Translations under genes and position numbers: made by a program | NCBI RefSeq assembly: GCF_006345805.1 | Contig: NC_043006.1 | Coordinates: 94,488,001 to 94,552,000 of the forward strand | Length of the DNA: 64,000 nucleotides | Origin: Octopus sinensis | Lineage: Eukaryota | Direction: 5' to 3' | Part shown: in pieces, positions 26,227-39,815 of the stretch | Layout: each line of letters opens with the position of its first letter | How positions within the stretch are numbered: position 1 is the stretch's first letter | The notes under the pieces: model-generated | Databases searched by the model: none | What the model saw: the letters and a program-made list of their open reading frames with translations, nothing else | What the model was told of the DNA's origin: nothing

Positions 26227-26421
26227 TCTTTCTATTAATGGCACAAAGCCTGAAATTTTGGGTGATTATATCGACACTAGTACGCATCTGGTACTTAATT
26301 TATCGACTACGAAATGATGAAAGGCAAAGTCGACCTGGGTGGAATTTGAACTCAGAACGTAGCGGCAGACGAAATAACGCTAAGCGTTTCGCCTGGCGTG
26401 CTAATGATTCTGCCAGCCCGC
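26227..26421 (-). mobile_element. SINE family C
   Basis: gatgaaaggcaaagtcgacc...ggaatttgaactcagaacg...gctaatgattctgccagc matches family C. Confidence 0.85.
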
Positions 26422-26466
26422 AATAATAATAATGATGATGATGATGATGATGATGATGATTATGAT

Positions 26467-26501
<35 letters not shown>

Positions 26502-26664
26502 TAATAATAATAATAATAATAATAATAAACTATTATCATTATGATCATTGCTCAGCTATTATATTTTAATACCCCGAGTTTAATAACCATGAAACTGTTG
26601 AATCAAAGAATATCCTTAAATGCCCATTTAATGTATGTGGAATAATCTCAAGTCATCTTCCTAG

Positions 26665-27260
26665 CCCACTTATCCCTGGAAGGGTCGTGGGGACAGAGTC
26701 TTGAAGTACGTCTTGGATGGGTTCATGTCAGAAGCAGCCGTCTGCAATTGACCTGGTTGGATTCCCAAACGAGACCAACCGAGGTCATGAATGTATTCAA
26801 TCCACCTTCCTCGTAGCCTTTCCCTGGGTCTCCTGCTGGATGGCGTTGTCCGTAAAACTACCCAGCGATTCTCTCTCAAGACATTTTACCACGTGTCCAT
26901 AATGTCGGACCTGAAGTCTCTCAATTCAAAAAGGTGGTGGCTCTAGCTGGAGCGCTTCTCTGATCCACGAACTGCACCCTCTATCGAGTAACGTTACTCC
27001 AAGAACCATTCAGCAGAACCCCCACCTCGGCCGCTTGTATGCGCAATTATGTCCTTTCGGTCTTTACCCAAGATTCATGAACACAGGAAAGGGTATGCAC
27101 GAACACTGAATTGAATTTAGCGAGTTTGGCTTTTACATCTACCTCCCTTCTGATAACCGAATGCTGGAGTCGGCGCATTACTGTACCTGTTCCTGCGACT
27201 CTTGCATCTCATTCAGCCTCCTGCATTCCATCTTCCTTGAAGCTTAAGCTGAAAGGTAGG
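26665..27260 (-). pseudogene. RTE-clade (Expander/Rex3-like) LINE RT C-terminal remnant
   Basis: ESWVKTERT*LRIQAAEVGF...IREALQLEP and SRRPRERLRGRWIEYIHDLGWSRLGIQP are typical RTE C-terminal motifs. Confidence 0.8.
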
Positions 27261-29052
27261 TCTGTGGCTGGTACAAATTTATACGCCAGACTCCTAATAC
27301 AGATCTACGTGAAAACGTAAGGTTTTTCAAGGCTTGAATGTTTGAAGTGTATCCAAGTTTAGGTGGTTTTCCTGCAATTCTGATGTAGGTTTTTCTGTTC
27401 ATTGTCCGAATATTGCACTTGAAGTCATGCTCTTGGTTAAGTATTTTGATCCCACTGGTAATGAACCAGAGTTGAAGAATTTGCATTGTAATTTGAACAG
27501 GAGCGTCTAATGCTTTTTGAAATTTGAGATTACTTTTAGCTTCCGGCTGAGTAGCAAAGGAGTGATTGGGTTGGAAATATAAGGAAATTCTTAAAGGTTT
27601 GATACCAGCAGAGTTGCATCGAGAAATGATAATGAAGAAGTCTGAATGTAGTTGGGTCAGCGACTACTCAGTTCTAGTGTGCATTGTGAACCAAATATTT
27701 TTATGCCTATTCCGAATTTTTGTTCTGCATATACTCTCTTGCTCTAAAACCAATTCTAGATAATGGGTAATTACAGCATTGGAAGGACTCAATGGAAATG
27801 TTGATGCAAAAGTTTGATACAAAAAGTGAAACGAAAAGAGGTCGACTTCTGTGAGGGAGTTTCTGAATCCGGAGCGGGTGTTATCTTCCAGTTTCACAAA
27901 TGAATCTCCATGTTTATTCGCACATTTTTTCAGCGTCCTGGTTTTCAGATACATCCAATGTTATGAAGTGAGCCTCAATGATTGCTTGGAGACCCATGGC
28001 ATGTTATATACATCTGCCAAATTATTATACATATTGTTACGCATATTTTACATACACACATACACACACTCACACAAGCACAGGCACACTAATACACACA
28101 CACACACACACACCACACACATACATAAACGGTGCTTGTACCATTCATTGCACCGATAGCCTGTTCAAAATCTTTGTAAATAGAGGGATTAAATTTTTGC
28201 GCGTAGACGGACGAATTTTACTTATGTGCGACTATTCACTACATACATACATACATACATACATACTTACATACACACAGGCATACATACATAAAGGCAT
28301 ACATATATCATGCACACACACACGTGCACACGCATATATGTTCTGTGTGTGTATATAAATCTGTAATTATATGTATGTTTGTACTTGTGCGTATGTATGT
28401 GTGTGTGTTGGATATGTCTTCAGATATAGTAAAAGAGCAATATACGTATATACATACATATATATATTCTCTATATTATAAATCTGAAATGCGAAAAGTT
28501 TGTTTGTCTGGTTCTGGCATTGAGAACGGGTTAAAGGCCACTAGATCCCGTCGGATTGACTCCAAAATTTACAGAGACATGTAAAATGAGGTGAGGATGC
28601 CAGTGTGCTAGATTAGAAATCCCTATCTTAACAGGTGTCGTTGCTAGGGCCAAAAACGCACTTTGACAAGTCTACTCTCATTCTTTTATGTATCTGTCTT
28701 CCTCCGTCACTCACTCTTTTTCCTCCCTTCCCATCACTTTCAATATATAACGTCGTTTAACAGCGTCTAACTCTCCTTCACTTTCTCTTTATAACGTCGT
28801 CAAACAGCGTTCTATATCTCCCCCTTACCGCCTTCGACAGCGCTTTCACACACTCTCTCTACGTCTGTCTGCATTCATAGACAGAATTATCATCGCCACC
28901 ACCACAACCACACAATCATGAGAACAAATATTATGAATCAGATATTTATTGGGTTAATTTATGTGTGTGTGTGTGTTCTATATATAAATATGTATATTAA
29001 ACGTTTTAATACTTTTTGATAGTTATATATATTTTTAAAAAAATTATAAATA

Positions 29053-29420
29053 GGCGCAGGAGTGGCTGTGTGGTAAGTAGCTTACTAACCGACCACATGG
29101 TTCCGGGTTCAGTCCCACTGCGTGGCATCTTGGGCAAGTGTCTTCTGCTATAGCCTCGGGCCGACCAATGCCTTGTGAGTGGATTTGGTAGACGGAAACT
29201 GAAAGAAGCCTGTCGTATATATGTATATATATGTGTGTGTGTATATGTTTGTGTGTCTTTGTCCCACAAGCATTGCTAGCATAGCGGTTCGGCAAAAGAG
29301 ACCGATAGAATAAGTACTGGGCTTACAAAGAATAAGTCCCGGGGTCGATTTGCTCGATTAAAAAAGGCAGTGCTCCAGCATGGCCGCAGTCATATGACTG
29401 AAACAAGTAAAAGAGAAAAA
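29053..29420 (+). mobile_element. SINE family A, near full length
   Basis: tRNA-like head (gtggctgtgtggtaag...ggttcagtccc), body, internal (TA)/(TG)n tract, and a tail ending in a CAGTC-ATAT-GACTG AAAC hairpin plus an A-rich end. Confidence 0.9.
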
Positions 29421-29581
29421 TAGTAAAGAGTATAAATTAATAATTTTAATTTTAAATTTAAATAATTTAAATTTTTTAATTTTATATTTTATATATTTTG
29501 TATATTATATTTTTATTTTTATGTTTTGGTTTATGTTTTTCACTGTTTGATTTGCCTAATAGTGGTTTTATCTCTAATTTA

Positions 29582-29616
<35 letters not shown>

Positions 29617-29642
29617 GTATGCATTTGTATATATAATGCGTT

Positions 29643-29714
<72 letters not shown>

Positions 29715-30282
29715 GTCGCATTATGTGTTTGGTTAACACCTATGTTAAAAGTGCTGGCGAGTTTGCATGGCAACTATTTTTTTCCTCAAATGAAAGGCGT
29801 GACCTCTGGGACAAAATTCCTCATCTTATAAAATGTGGGCCAAGTAGACCTGAATGAAATCGGGTTATATTAACCAAAATGTAAAAAGGGGTCTACATGG
29901 GGCTGGAATGGGATTAAAATTTACAGGAACGGGTGTTTAGGAATTTTCTTTTACATCAAGTTCAAAATTTTACGCCAGCCGTTAAACTGCCACTACGTTG
30001 CTGCTCGTCGTTAAGAAATGCCAGCCATGGTGACTCTACTATCCTCACATTCTATCCCTTTAAACTTTGGTTTCCAATATTTTTTTATTTTTATTCAGCT
30101 CGCAAGTTTGCCTGTCCCTTTTAAATGTTAGTGTTTTATTGTCTGCCTTGAAGCAGGCCTTTCCGTTGTCACTGCCTGATATTTATGATTGATCTTTCAA
30201 AATATTTTACTTTCTCAAGATCTTTTAGAAATATTAAATTTCTAAATGTCTCAAAGAGACATGAGCGGTGGTGGAGCGATAA

Positions 30283-30493
30283 AGTGGTTGTATACTGTCA
30301 ACATAACGTGACAGTCCCGTAAGGGAATTACACCACCGCTGTTTAGCCCTAGGAAGCATTGACGCTTTGCAAACATAAGGACACAGGAAATGTGTCAAAG
30401 CCGACAGGAAACGTCGATGCTTCCTAGGGCTAAACAGCGGTAGCGTAATTCCCTTGCGGGACTGTCACGTTATGTTGAGAGTATACGACCACT
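30283..30493. mobile_element. MITE / fold-back element with ~82-bp near-perfect inverted repeats
   Basis: agtggttgtatactgtcaacataacgtgacagtccc...gttagccctaggaagca is mirrored at the right end around a ~45-bp spacer. No clear TSD. Confidence 0.85.
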
Positions 30494-30739
30494 CAAGATC
30501 TTTTGTTGTTTATAAATGGGAGATAGATAGATAGAGAAAGATAGAGAGTAAGAGAAAGCGAGGGAGAGTCCGAGAGAAAGGAAGAGTAACAGAGTGGGAA
30601 AGTGAGAGAGAAAGGAGAGAGCAACAAAGAGGGAGAATGTGGTGATAACAAGCAGAAAGGAAGCAACAGAAAGTAACAACCACACTCTTACCCGCATATA
30701 GAGCGGGTCACCTTAGGCTAGTTATATATATATATTCAT

Positions 30740-30947
30740 ATGATAGATCGTTAGCTCCTACACGCATTTTTTTCCCTTCTTCTTTCTCTCCTTGTTTTTT
30801 TTTTTCTGTGTATCTTTCTGTTGAAGAGCGTAGGCTCGAAACGTAAAAGACTTGTTCTATTTCTATTCCTGAGCACCATACTAATACATTTGTTTGTTTG
30901 TACTCCACCTGTCTTCGTCTTTTGTTTATTTTCGTAAACCTTCTCGT

Positions 30948-30950
<3 letters not shown>
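30740..30950 (+). mobile_element. PLE-like terminal repeat (family H2) with an A6U hammerhead variant at 30813-30850
   Basis: TCTTT CTGTTGA A GAGC-GTAG-GCTC GAAACGTA/AAAGA. More decayed relatives lie at 33850-34030 and 36200-36370. Confidence 0.65.
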
Positions 30951-30997
<47 letters not shown>

Positions 30998-31519
30998 CAT
31001 ATATATATATACATATATATATACATACATACACATATATACATATATTTATAAATATACACATACACGAACACACACACACGCAAACACACTCACGCAT
31101 ACACACATGCACACACACACACAAGCACCAATTATTCTGTATCTCTGAAGTATTACGCTCGCGCGCACACACACTCGCACGCGCGTATGCACACACGGAT
31201 TCCCAAACACACACACACATATATATATATGTATATATTCGCAAATACAAGGCATTTATGTAGACCGACTGAAGACACAAATTTATACAAATTTAATGTC
31301 GCTACAAGCGGACACTAGAGTCAGACAATGCCGTGTATAAACCGCCGGCAGTAATCTCTCATGTAACATAATCCAGCGTGTGGAGTAAATTTGATCTTGT
31401 GATTATTTGATCTTGTGTTTGCTCAATCGACCGGAAAGTGGAGATGAATGGTTTTGCGTGTGGCTCGGTGTTAGGGCTTCGGTTATACGGTACAATAAAG
31501 GACCATAAACACTATTTGT

Positions 31520-31564
<45 letters not shown>

Positions 31565-31806
31565 GGAGAGAGTGAGACAGAGAGTACGAGATAGAATTCA
31601 TAGATGGCTGGATAGATAGATAAATAGATAAATGTATATTTGTACAGAGATATATATGTATTTATACATACAAATATGTGTGTGTATGTGGGTGTGTATA
31701 CGTGCGTATGTACTATATATTGTATGTATATATTACATATATTTATAAATCATATATCTATTCTTGTATTATTTTATATATTTCAGCCTTAATGCTGTGG
31801 CCATGC

Positions 31807-31846
<40 letters not shown>

Positions 31847-31854
31847 GTACTCTT

Positions 31855-32050
31855 ACAATTTTACTTGTTTCAGTCATTTGACTGCGGTCATGCTGGAGCA
31901 ACGCCTTTAGTCAAGCAAATTGACCCCAGGACTTATTCTTTGAAAACCTAGTACTTATTCTATTGGTCTCTTTTGCCGAACCGCTACGTTACGGGCACGT
32001 AAACGCACCAGCATCGGTTGTCAAGCGTTGTTGGGATGGGGGGACAAACA
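31855..32050 (-). mobile_element. SINE family A tail
   Basis: Reverse complement of the family A tail. Similar tails lie at 45195-45370, 45565-45740 and 54925-55095. Confidence 0.85.
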
Positions 32051-32094
32051 CAGGCACACAATCACATACACACACATACATATATGCACATAAT

Positions 32095-33100
32095 GGTTCG
32101 CGGTCCGACGTCTCCAGTGCGAACAGTGGCGTGCCTCAAGGTTCAGTGCTTGGGCCCTTGTTCTTAGTCTTCATAAATGACTTGCCCGACGACCTCACGC
32201 AACACACCCTTCTATTTGCCGACGATATCAAACTGGTCGCTCCTCGCGGTAATATAGAGGATCTTCGTCGATGCCTCCACCAAATTTGGAAGTGGTCTAA
32301 CAATTGGGACCTGTGTCTGAACGTGTCAAAGTGCTGTCATCTGCCTGTCGGCTCTACTCCTGCAACTCAACTTGATTTTGAGCCGGATCGTCTGCTGCTG
32401 GAGAGGACCGATCAGGTAAAGGACCTAGGTATCTTGGTGGATTCCTCCTTTTCGCCTTCGGCCCAGTGCGTCCATGCTGCCAACAAAGCACGCGGAATTC
32501 TGTTCTTGATTCGACGGTCATTCGGAATGCTCACAGCAGCCATATTCCTACCACTCTATGTCACGCTGGTGAGACCCATATTGGAGTATGGGATTCAAGC
32601 CTCTTCTCCTTATCTCCTCAAAGACATACAGCATCTCGAAAGAGTCCAGAAGTTGGCTACCCGCATGGTTCATGGTCTCAAAAATTTGTCCTACGAAGAA
32701 AGGCTGAGGACGCTCGACCTTTATTCTCTTGAAAAACGCCGCCGCCGTGGTGATCTCATTCTCGCCCACAACATCATAAGCGGAAAGTGTAACCTCTCGA
32801 AAGAGCTGTTCTTCACTCCTGCTCCAGAGCGTCGGCTGCGGGGTCATTCCGAAAAGCTCTACCTGCGACGATTTCATCTCAATCGAAGGGAGGAGCTCTT
32901 CTCCGTCCGGGTTGCGGATCCGTGGAACAAGCTGCCAGACGAGATGGTGAAGATGCGACCGACGACCGCTTGTTCAAAGCCTCCCTTGACCTCAAGTGGC
33001 CTGAACTCTTTACATGAACACCACCCTGTACTTAACTCCATGTCCCCCTACATGGCCTTGCTATTTGCTTTTGAGCCAAATTAATAACTAACTAACTAAC
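32095..33100 (+). mobile_element. 5'-truncated CR1/L2-group LINE (RT C-terminal half plus 3' end)
   Basis: SGVPQGSVLGPLFLVFINDLPD, LLFADDIK, DLGILVD and LEYGIQASSPY motifs, followed by a (TAAC)n tail. Confidence 0.92.
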
Positions 33101-33141
33101 ATATATATATATGTAGATATATATATATATAATATATATAT

Positions 33142-33181
<40 letters not shown>

Positions 33182-33244
33182 CGACGGGCTTCTTTCAGTT
33201 TCCGTCTACCAAATCCACTCACAAGACTTACTCGTCACTGGAAT

Positions 33245-33640
33245 ATTGTTGTAAGCACTTCCATGGCTCACTTCAAGGTTTTCTGCCAACTCACCAAGAC
33301 TTATGCACCTGTCTTCTCTGATCAGAGCATTTGCTTTTGCTTATTGGCAGGCAGGATTCACAGAAGCGGATGGACGGCAGGAACGGGGTTTATCGGCTGC
33401 ACTGACAGTTTCCACCTTTTCATCTTTCAGGTGATGGACCCACCTGCACAGAACCACCTACATACATTGCTATAATCTAACTTATTGTCCTCAAAGACAT
33501 TTTGTAATCGTCGGTGAATGTTCACAGGGGTTTCCCCCTCAGCAACAAGAAATTCAGTCACTGCTCTTTGTTTTTGGCGTAACTCTATGGGGTGGGGATG
33601 GGGCAGCCACTTTGAATATTCCTTACCAGTCTAAAAACCT
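33245..33640 (-). pseudogene. mariner transposase N-terminal (HTH) remnant
   Basis: QKQRAVTEFLVAEGETPVNIHRRLQNVF...V.RW, then KPRSCRPS...LIREDR.IS..ELAE.L.VSHGS. Confidence 0.8.
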
Positions 33641-34035
33641 GAAAAGTAAGAAAGAAAATATTTCAGAACGTAAATGTTATAATCATTTATAACTGGTAAA
33701 ATTTTCAGTTATTTTGTTATCAAAAACTTCACCTGAAATAAAGAAAATGGCATCACTTTTTGACTCTCGTAGTTATTAATTTCATTCAGCACCTGAGCTT
33801 TCAGCGTTGAGTGACGACAATCTTTCTTCACCAACAATGATATATATATATATATGATAGATCGCTAGCCAGTACACATTCTTTATTTTCTTTCCTTGTT
33901 TCTTTGTGTTCCTTTCTTTGGGAGAGCTTAGGCTCGAAACGTTAAAGACTTTTACACTTCCCGAGCGTTATACTTATACATCTGTTTATTGTCTACACCA
34001 CTTGTCTTCGCCTTTTGTTTTTGCGAATTCCCCCC

Positions 34036-34071
<36 letters not shown>

Positions 34072-34254
34072 CCAATGAAAAGAAGACAAAGAAAATTATT
34101 GAACACATCTTTTATTGTAAGTTACAAATATTTCCGAACCAGTCCCTTTTGCAACGCCAGTTTACGCGAAAATTCTAAAAGAAAAATCACGTAATATTTG
34201 CGGTTCTAGACATTGGAGAAGCACTATATGTGTGTGTGTATGTGTGTGTGTGTA

Positions 34255-34565
34255 GGCGCAGGAATGGGTGTGTGGTTAGTAGCTTGCTTCCCAAACACAT
34301 GGTTCCGGGTTCAATCCCACTGCGTGGCACCAAAGCCTTGTGAGTGGATTTGTTAAACGGAAACTGATGGAGACCTGTTGTATCTCTCTACATATGTATG
34401 TGTTGTCTCCCCAACATAGCCTGACAACCGATGCTGGTGTGCTTACGTCCCCGTAACTTAGCGGTTCGGCAAATGTCCTGGGGTGAATTTGTCCGACTAA
34501 AGGGGTTGCTCCAGCATGGCCACAGTCAAATGACTGAAACAAATAAAAAATAAAAGAAATAAAAG
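34255..34565 (+). mobile_element. SINE family A with internal deletions
   Basis: Head and tail are collinear with 29053-29420. Confidence 0.85.
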
Positions 34566-35976
34566 AATATATATACATATATACACATACATATATATCT
34601 AAGACATACACATGTCTGTCTAAGAATCCGTAAGTCCGAAAAATAAAAAAAAGCACTCCTATATTTGTCAAAAGAGCGGATATATGAATATTTATACAGT
34701 ACGTTACTTTAGATCCATCTCAACCTGTTTTACCAGTTGGTTTGGCACTCGTGAATTTGGGAGAAAACTCTGAAATCCGCGACGTTCATCACAAGGACTG
34801 CTGTGAATAATAAATATGTCGACAGTTCTTTTCATGAAGGCAAGTATGTGCCACATCCGGTTTGTGGTGCTGGTATAAAACGAAACGAAAAGATTCCGTG
34901 GGAGAAGGTTAGAGCCACAAGGCTTAGTCATGTTTTGCGGTGTAAGGGGTAACTGTTTTCAGAATGGGCTGGGGTATGAGTATGGGTAATATGGCGTTGA
35001 TTTGTATGCAAATAAAGGGCGGAACATTGGAATGCGTCAGGTGTACAATGTTAAAATCATGTTTGGACGGGTACTTCTTCATGTATGTGTGTGTGTTTAG
35101 ATGCAATAATTTTTGGGTGGCAAGCCTTGTGTCTAACACCCAGGATGTGCTGGTGGGAAATACTGATAGACGAAGCTGTTATACCCATTACCAGAGTACA
35201 TCCCGCTAATATCCATCCGCATGTTTCCTTCCATGTGCGTACGATGAGAAAATTTCGCTGGGAATTTACATTTAGGTTACATGTGGCTTTGGAGTACTCG
35301 GCCAGTTACTCGATAATTCAATGAGTCGGCTAGTTCTATTGATCGATCAACGGATCACTGATACTTGGATATTCAGACCGAAATTTATTCCTTCTACATT
35401 ATTCAAAATAAACAAGGATTTCCTTATAATATTTCTTGCTTTTTTTTCTCGTTTTACGCTAAAGGATTGTTTGTATATAATTATCTCGACTCGAACTTTG
35501 TTTAATTGCTCTGGGTAATGTGAAAGAGAAAAATCGATCTCGTTGGGAAATGCATTGAGGACATAATTGCAAATAATTAAAGGACCTAATTAAAGGACAT
35601 AATTAATTATTGCAGGACATATATCCTCTACCCTTTCCATTTCTGCCATTCGAATTTGATCTAAATTCGATAATTTTCTCGTCGTATTTCACACAGTGTA
35701 ACTACACGCGCGCGCGCGCGAACGCACGCACACGGTGTTAAGCACTTATTACTGCCCGATACTAGCGTATACACACACACACACTCACACACAAACACAT
35801 ACTGAGACACACGTTCACGCATCTATTTTAATATTTATGTACATACATATATACATACATAAATACATACGTACATGTATAAAACTTACATAAAACTTAG
35901 ATATGTTTCAACCAAAGATTGGTCCAAGCCATGTTTAACTTAATAGCACCATCTGATAGGAGTATCTAAATCCTTT

Positions 35977-36190
35977 ATACATACATACATACATACATAC
36001 ATACATACATACATACATACATACATACATAAATACATACCTGCATGCATACAAACATACATACATACATACATACATACATACATACATACATACATAC
36101 ATACATACATACATACATACATACATACATACATACATACATACATACACACATACATACATACATACATACATACATACATACATACAT
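35977..36190. repeat. (TACA)n microsatellite
   Basis: Direct inspection. Confidence 0.98.
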
Positions 36191-36619
36191 CGACAATTAG
36201 CTACTAAAGCTTTTTTATTCTCTATTTATTTTCTCGTGCTCTTTCCTGCGGAAGAGCGTAGGCTTGAATCGTAAAAGACTTGCTCATCTTCCCCAGCGTT
36301 AAACTAATACACCTGTTTGTTGTTTACACACCTGTTTTCGTCTTTTGTTTTTTTTTGTAAATTCCAACGTGACTTTCAGCGAACTAAACAAACTGACATT
36401 TGAATATTGCAGGGAAAATATCGCAAGACATGGTGTCAGTAATGAATGGTATGGATGAGGACAGAAGGTGGGTTTGAGTGAAGAGAGGAAGTAGGTGTCA
36501 GAGAAAGAGAGGCGAGTAGAGGTGGGTAGGAGTCAATAGAGGAAGTAGGTGTGAGATGAAGAGAAGAGAATAGGGGAGTCAGAAGAAGAAGGGAGGGGAA
36601 TTGAGCCCAAGTGGGGCAA

Positions 36620-37110
36620 AAGAGATAAAAGAATATTAATACCTGTTCACGCGAAGGCGGGAGTCCGGATGGCCCCGTACAAAGGCAATCTGAACACAGA
36701 CAGGTGTTATAATGAATGACCGGTAGAGCGGACATAGTGCGAGACTGAGGTCTCATTGCCGACTCTGATGTCTCGGAGGTGCTCCGCGAACTAATCAGCC
36801 AAGCGGCGTCCCGTTTGACCAATTTTCAGAGAAGGGCAGAAAAAGCAGAACATGCAGAAGTGCAGGTAAGGAAGTCGGTGATATGATACGGACGATGATG
36901 GGTGCCTGTGATGATGGTGGTGTTAGGGAGGTAGGGGCAGGTACGGCAGCATGGACGGGAGCAGGGGTACGAGCTAGGCTGAGAGGTGGGGTGAGGGAAG
37001 AAACTGTGGACCAGAAGTTTACGCGGGTTGTGGGCTCGTTTGAAGGAGAGAAGGGGTAGGTTGGGGGAGATGTGCAAGGAAGGCTCGGAGAATGGTCTGT
37101 TGATATGGAA
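36620..37110 (-). pseudogene. Penelope-like element GIY-YIG endonuclease remnant
   Basis: SFKRAHNPRKLLVHS linker, then CSRPCCRTC Zn-finger, then YHITDFLTC, then after a deletion/frameshift IGQTGRRLAD*FAEHLRDIR. This is the conserved PLE order. Confidence 0.8.
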
Positions 37111-37579
37111 GGGTGAAGGGGTGGTAGGTGAGGGGAAACGAGAGACAGACAACGGCGGGGTAAGTACGGGGAGAGAGAGAACAGATGCACGGTCATCGGA
37201 ATATGCACTGGCAAGGGCTGAGTGGATAGTAGTGAGGGGATATATATGAATAACACATATATGTATATACATATACCATAGTTATATATGTATATAAATA
37301 TCATATATATATTGTATATATATATATATATATAATATAATATATATATATATATATACGTATGTATTTATGTATATATATATATGGCCGCTAGTGTTCA
37401 ACTGGTATTTATTTTTTCGGCCCCCAAATTAAGGGCTCATACAAAGTCATACATAGACATGTGGATATATATACACAAAACAAACTTATGTATGCATATG
37501 TATGTATATACGTGCGTTTGCGTGCGTGTGTGAGTGCGTATGAGCGAGTGTATGTATACATACCTATTACATACCTAAA

Positions 37580-37623
<44 letters not shown>

Positions 37624-39364
37624 ATATATAATATATACATGAGTCTGTCTTTGTGAGAGCGTGTATGTATTTATCCAAGTTTGTTCGGTTTGATGTACAT
37701 TTGTAACAAATGCCAATTATTTGATGTCCAACGAAAACACAAGTGTTACACGTTAAAGGTTAAAAGTTTACTAATATGTGTATTAAACGTTAACTTGCAT
37801 ACGTAAATGTAATATCGATTTTTTTCCGCCACATAGAAACAGACCGGCGAAAAACGACTTGATATGTCGGAACAAAATATTTAATGCAACGCAAAGGATT
37901 TGTAACGCTGTGATACAAATGTTAACACCAAGTCATTTAGCATAAGCATCTAACATGAACAGTTTTCAGCAGAAAAGAAATCAATACAATCAGAAGCTGT
38001 GTGTTCCACACGGAAATCAGAAGTCATTGTACCAAAAGCTAAATAGGGTCTTGGATAATACTGCAATAGGAACGAAAGAATCAAAATCAAAAGCAACACC
38101 AATCTTAATTTTAGGCCTTTAAGAATCTTGAAATTGATAAAAAGCGTTGCGTGTCGAAGAAGTTATGGTAGATAATGGTTATAAACTCTAAATGTAGTTG
38201 GTATATTACCATCAGAACAGAAGATGAAGGAAAGAGTTAAGACTAATTTATTACAAGCAATAATAACTGATGTCTTCAGGTTCGTCGAAAAACGAGAGAG
38301 AAAAAGCGGAGGAAATTTATAGAAACGCTACAGGCGAAAGGATCAGCAGTACAGAAACGCCAAATTGTCTTCTGATATGGTCCCTTAAATTTGGATAATG
38401 GAAGGTTGGGAGATAATTGGTGTAGCATGAAATATACGCGTGTTTATTATAAAGGAGTAAGTTGCCGAAAAACAAATCTAAATTTTTCCCGGCATCTATT
38501 TTGGAGAGATTTAAGATCAAAAGAGTCAATTACAAGGGCGATAGTTTAAAGCTTTTTGTGGCCTTCTTGTGATATATATGTATATACTTATAGCAGAACA
38601 AAACTTATGAATTGCCAAGAATTGGTGTATGATAAATGACAGAGAATTTGGCAGGAAGAAATAAAGATCAAGAAAGAAAATCAGCACCTCTCCCCTCCAA
38701 TTATGTGATCAAAAGCAACCAACATTTAAAGAGATATTAACAACGTTAAAAGATAAATAGAATGTGGTGAAATAATAGATCATAAACGAGGTTGATGTGC
38801 ACTTAGAGTGAAATATACTGTAGGCTAGAAGTTTAAAGCAGAAGGGAATGCTGGACACCACATCACACACCGCTGGATTTCAACACTAGTCACAACAGAG
38901 TGTAGATCCAATGACAAGAAGGATGAGCTTGGAGGTGAGTGACTCAATCTATGGCGGATGAGGAGCGGCATGGAGTAGCGGTTCGGCAAAAGAGACCGAT
39001 ATAATAAGTACTAATCTTACAAAGAATAAGTCCTGGGGTTGATTTGTTCGACTAAAGGCGGTGCTTCAGTATGGCCGCATAGATTTTTACATGAAATTCA
39101 ACAAATAACTTGAAATAATTAATCATACAACTAATTGTTGCTTCGTTGGTTACGTTATGCCTTCTTATGTGTTGAACCTGTTGCCGGTTAGGTGGTCGGA
39201 GCTATTTGAGAGTTAAATGTCGAGATCAGAGATACGGTGCAATGTTGTTTACAGGAGAGGAATTTTCAGAATCTCGTGTGTTGTCCAACACTATATTCAT
39301 TCAGCCAACTCCGCCACTCAGATGTGTGTGTAAAAGAGGTGGCAAGGAAGAAAAACATACATGC

Positions 39365-39524
39365 GGGGGAGTGGCTGTGTGGTAAGTAGCTTGCTTACAA
39401 ACCACATTGTTCCGGGTTCAGTCCCACTGCGTGGCGCCTTGGGTAAGTGCCTCCTACTATAGTCTCGGGTCGACCAAAGCCTTGTGAGTGAATTTGGTAG
39501 ACGGAAACTGAAAGAAGCTCTTCG

Positions 39525-39573
<49 letters not shown>

Positions 39574-39815
39574 GTATATATGCATGTATGTATGTGTGTG
39601 TGTGTGTTTGTGTTTCTGTGTGTGTACCTCCACCATCACTTGACAACTGATGTTGGTCTGTTTACGTTCCCGTAAACTAGTGGTTCGGCAAAAGAGACCG
39701 ATAGAATAAGCACTAGGCTTACAAAAAATAAGTCCTGGAATCGATTTGTTCGAGTAAGGGCGGTGCTCCAGCATGGCTGCAGTCAAATGGCTGAAACAAA
39801 TAAAAGAAGAAAAGA
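39365..39815 (+). mobile_element. SINE family A, full length
   Basis: Head, body, internal (TA)n/(TG)n tract, tail hairpin and A-rich end. Confidence 0.9.

Noticed and set aside
29053-29130. tRNA genes
   Set aside because: The A-box and B-box-like motifs belong to SINE heads that continue into SINE bodies, and no complete cloverleaf forms.
31963-33084. 373-aa ORF as a chimeric host gene
   Set aside because: The first ~45 codons read antisense through a SINE tail and a (CA)n tract, so the fusion to the LINE frame is incidental.
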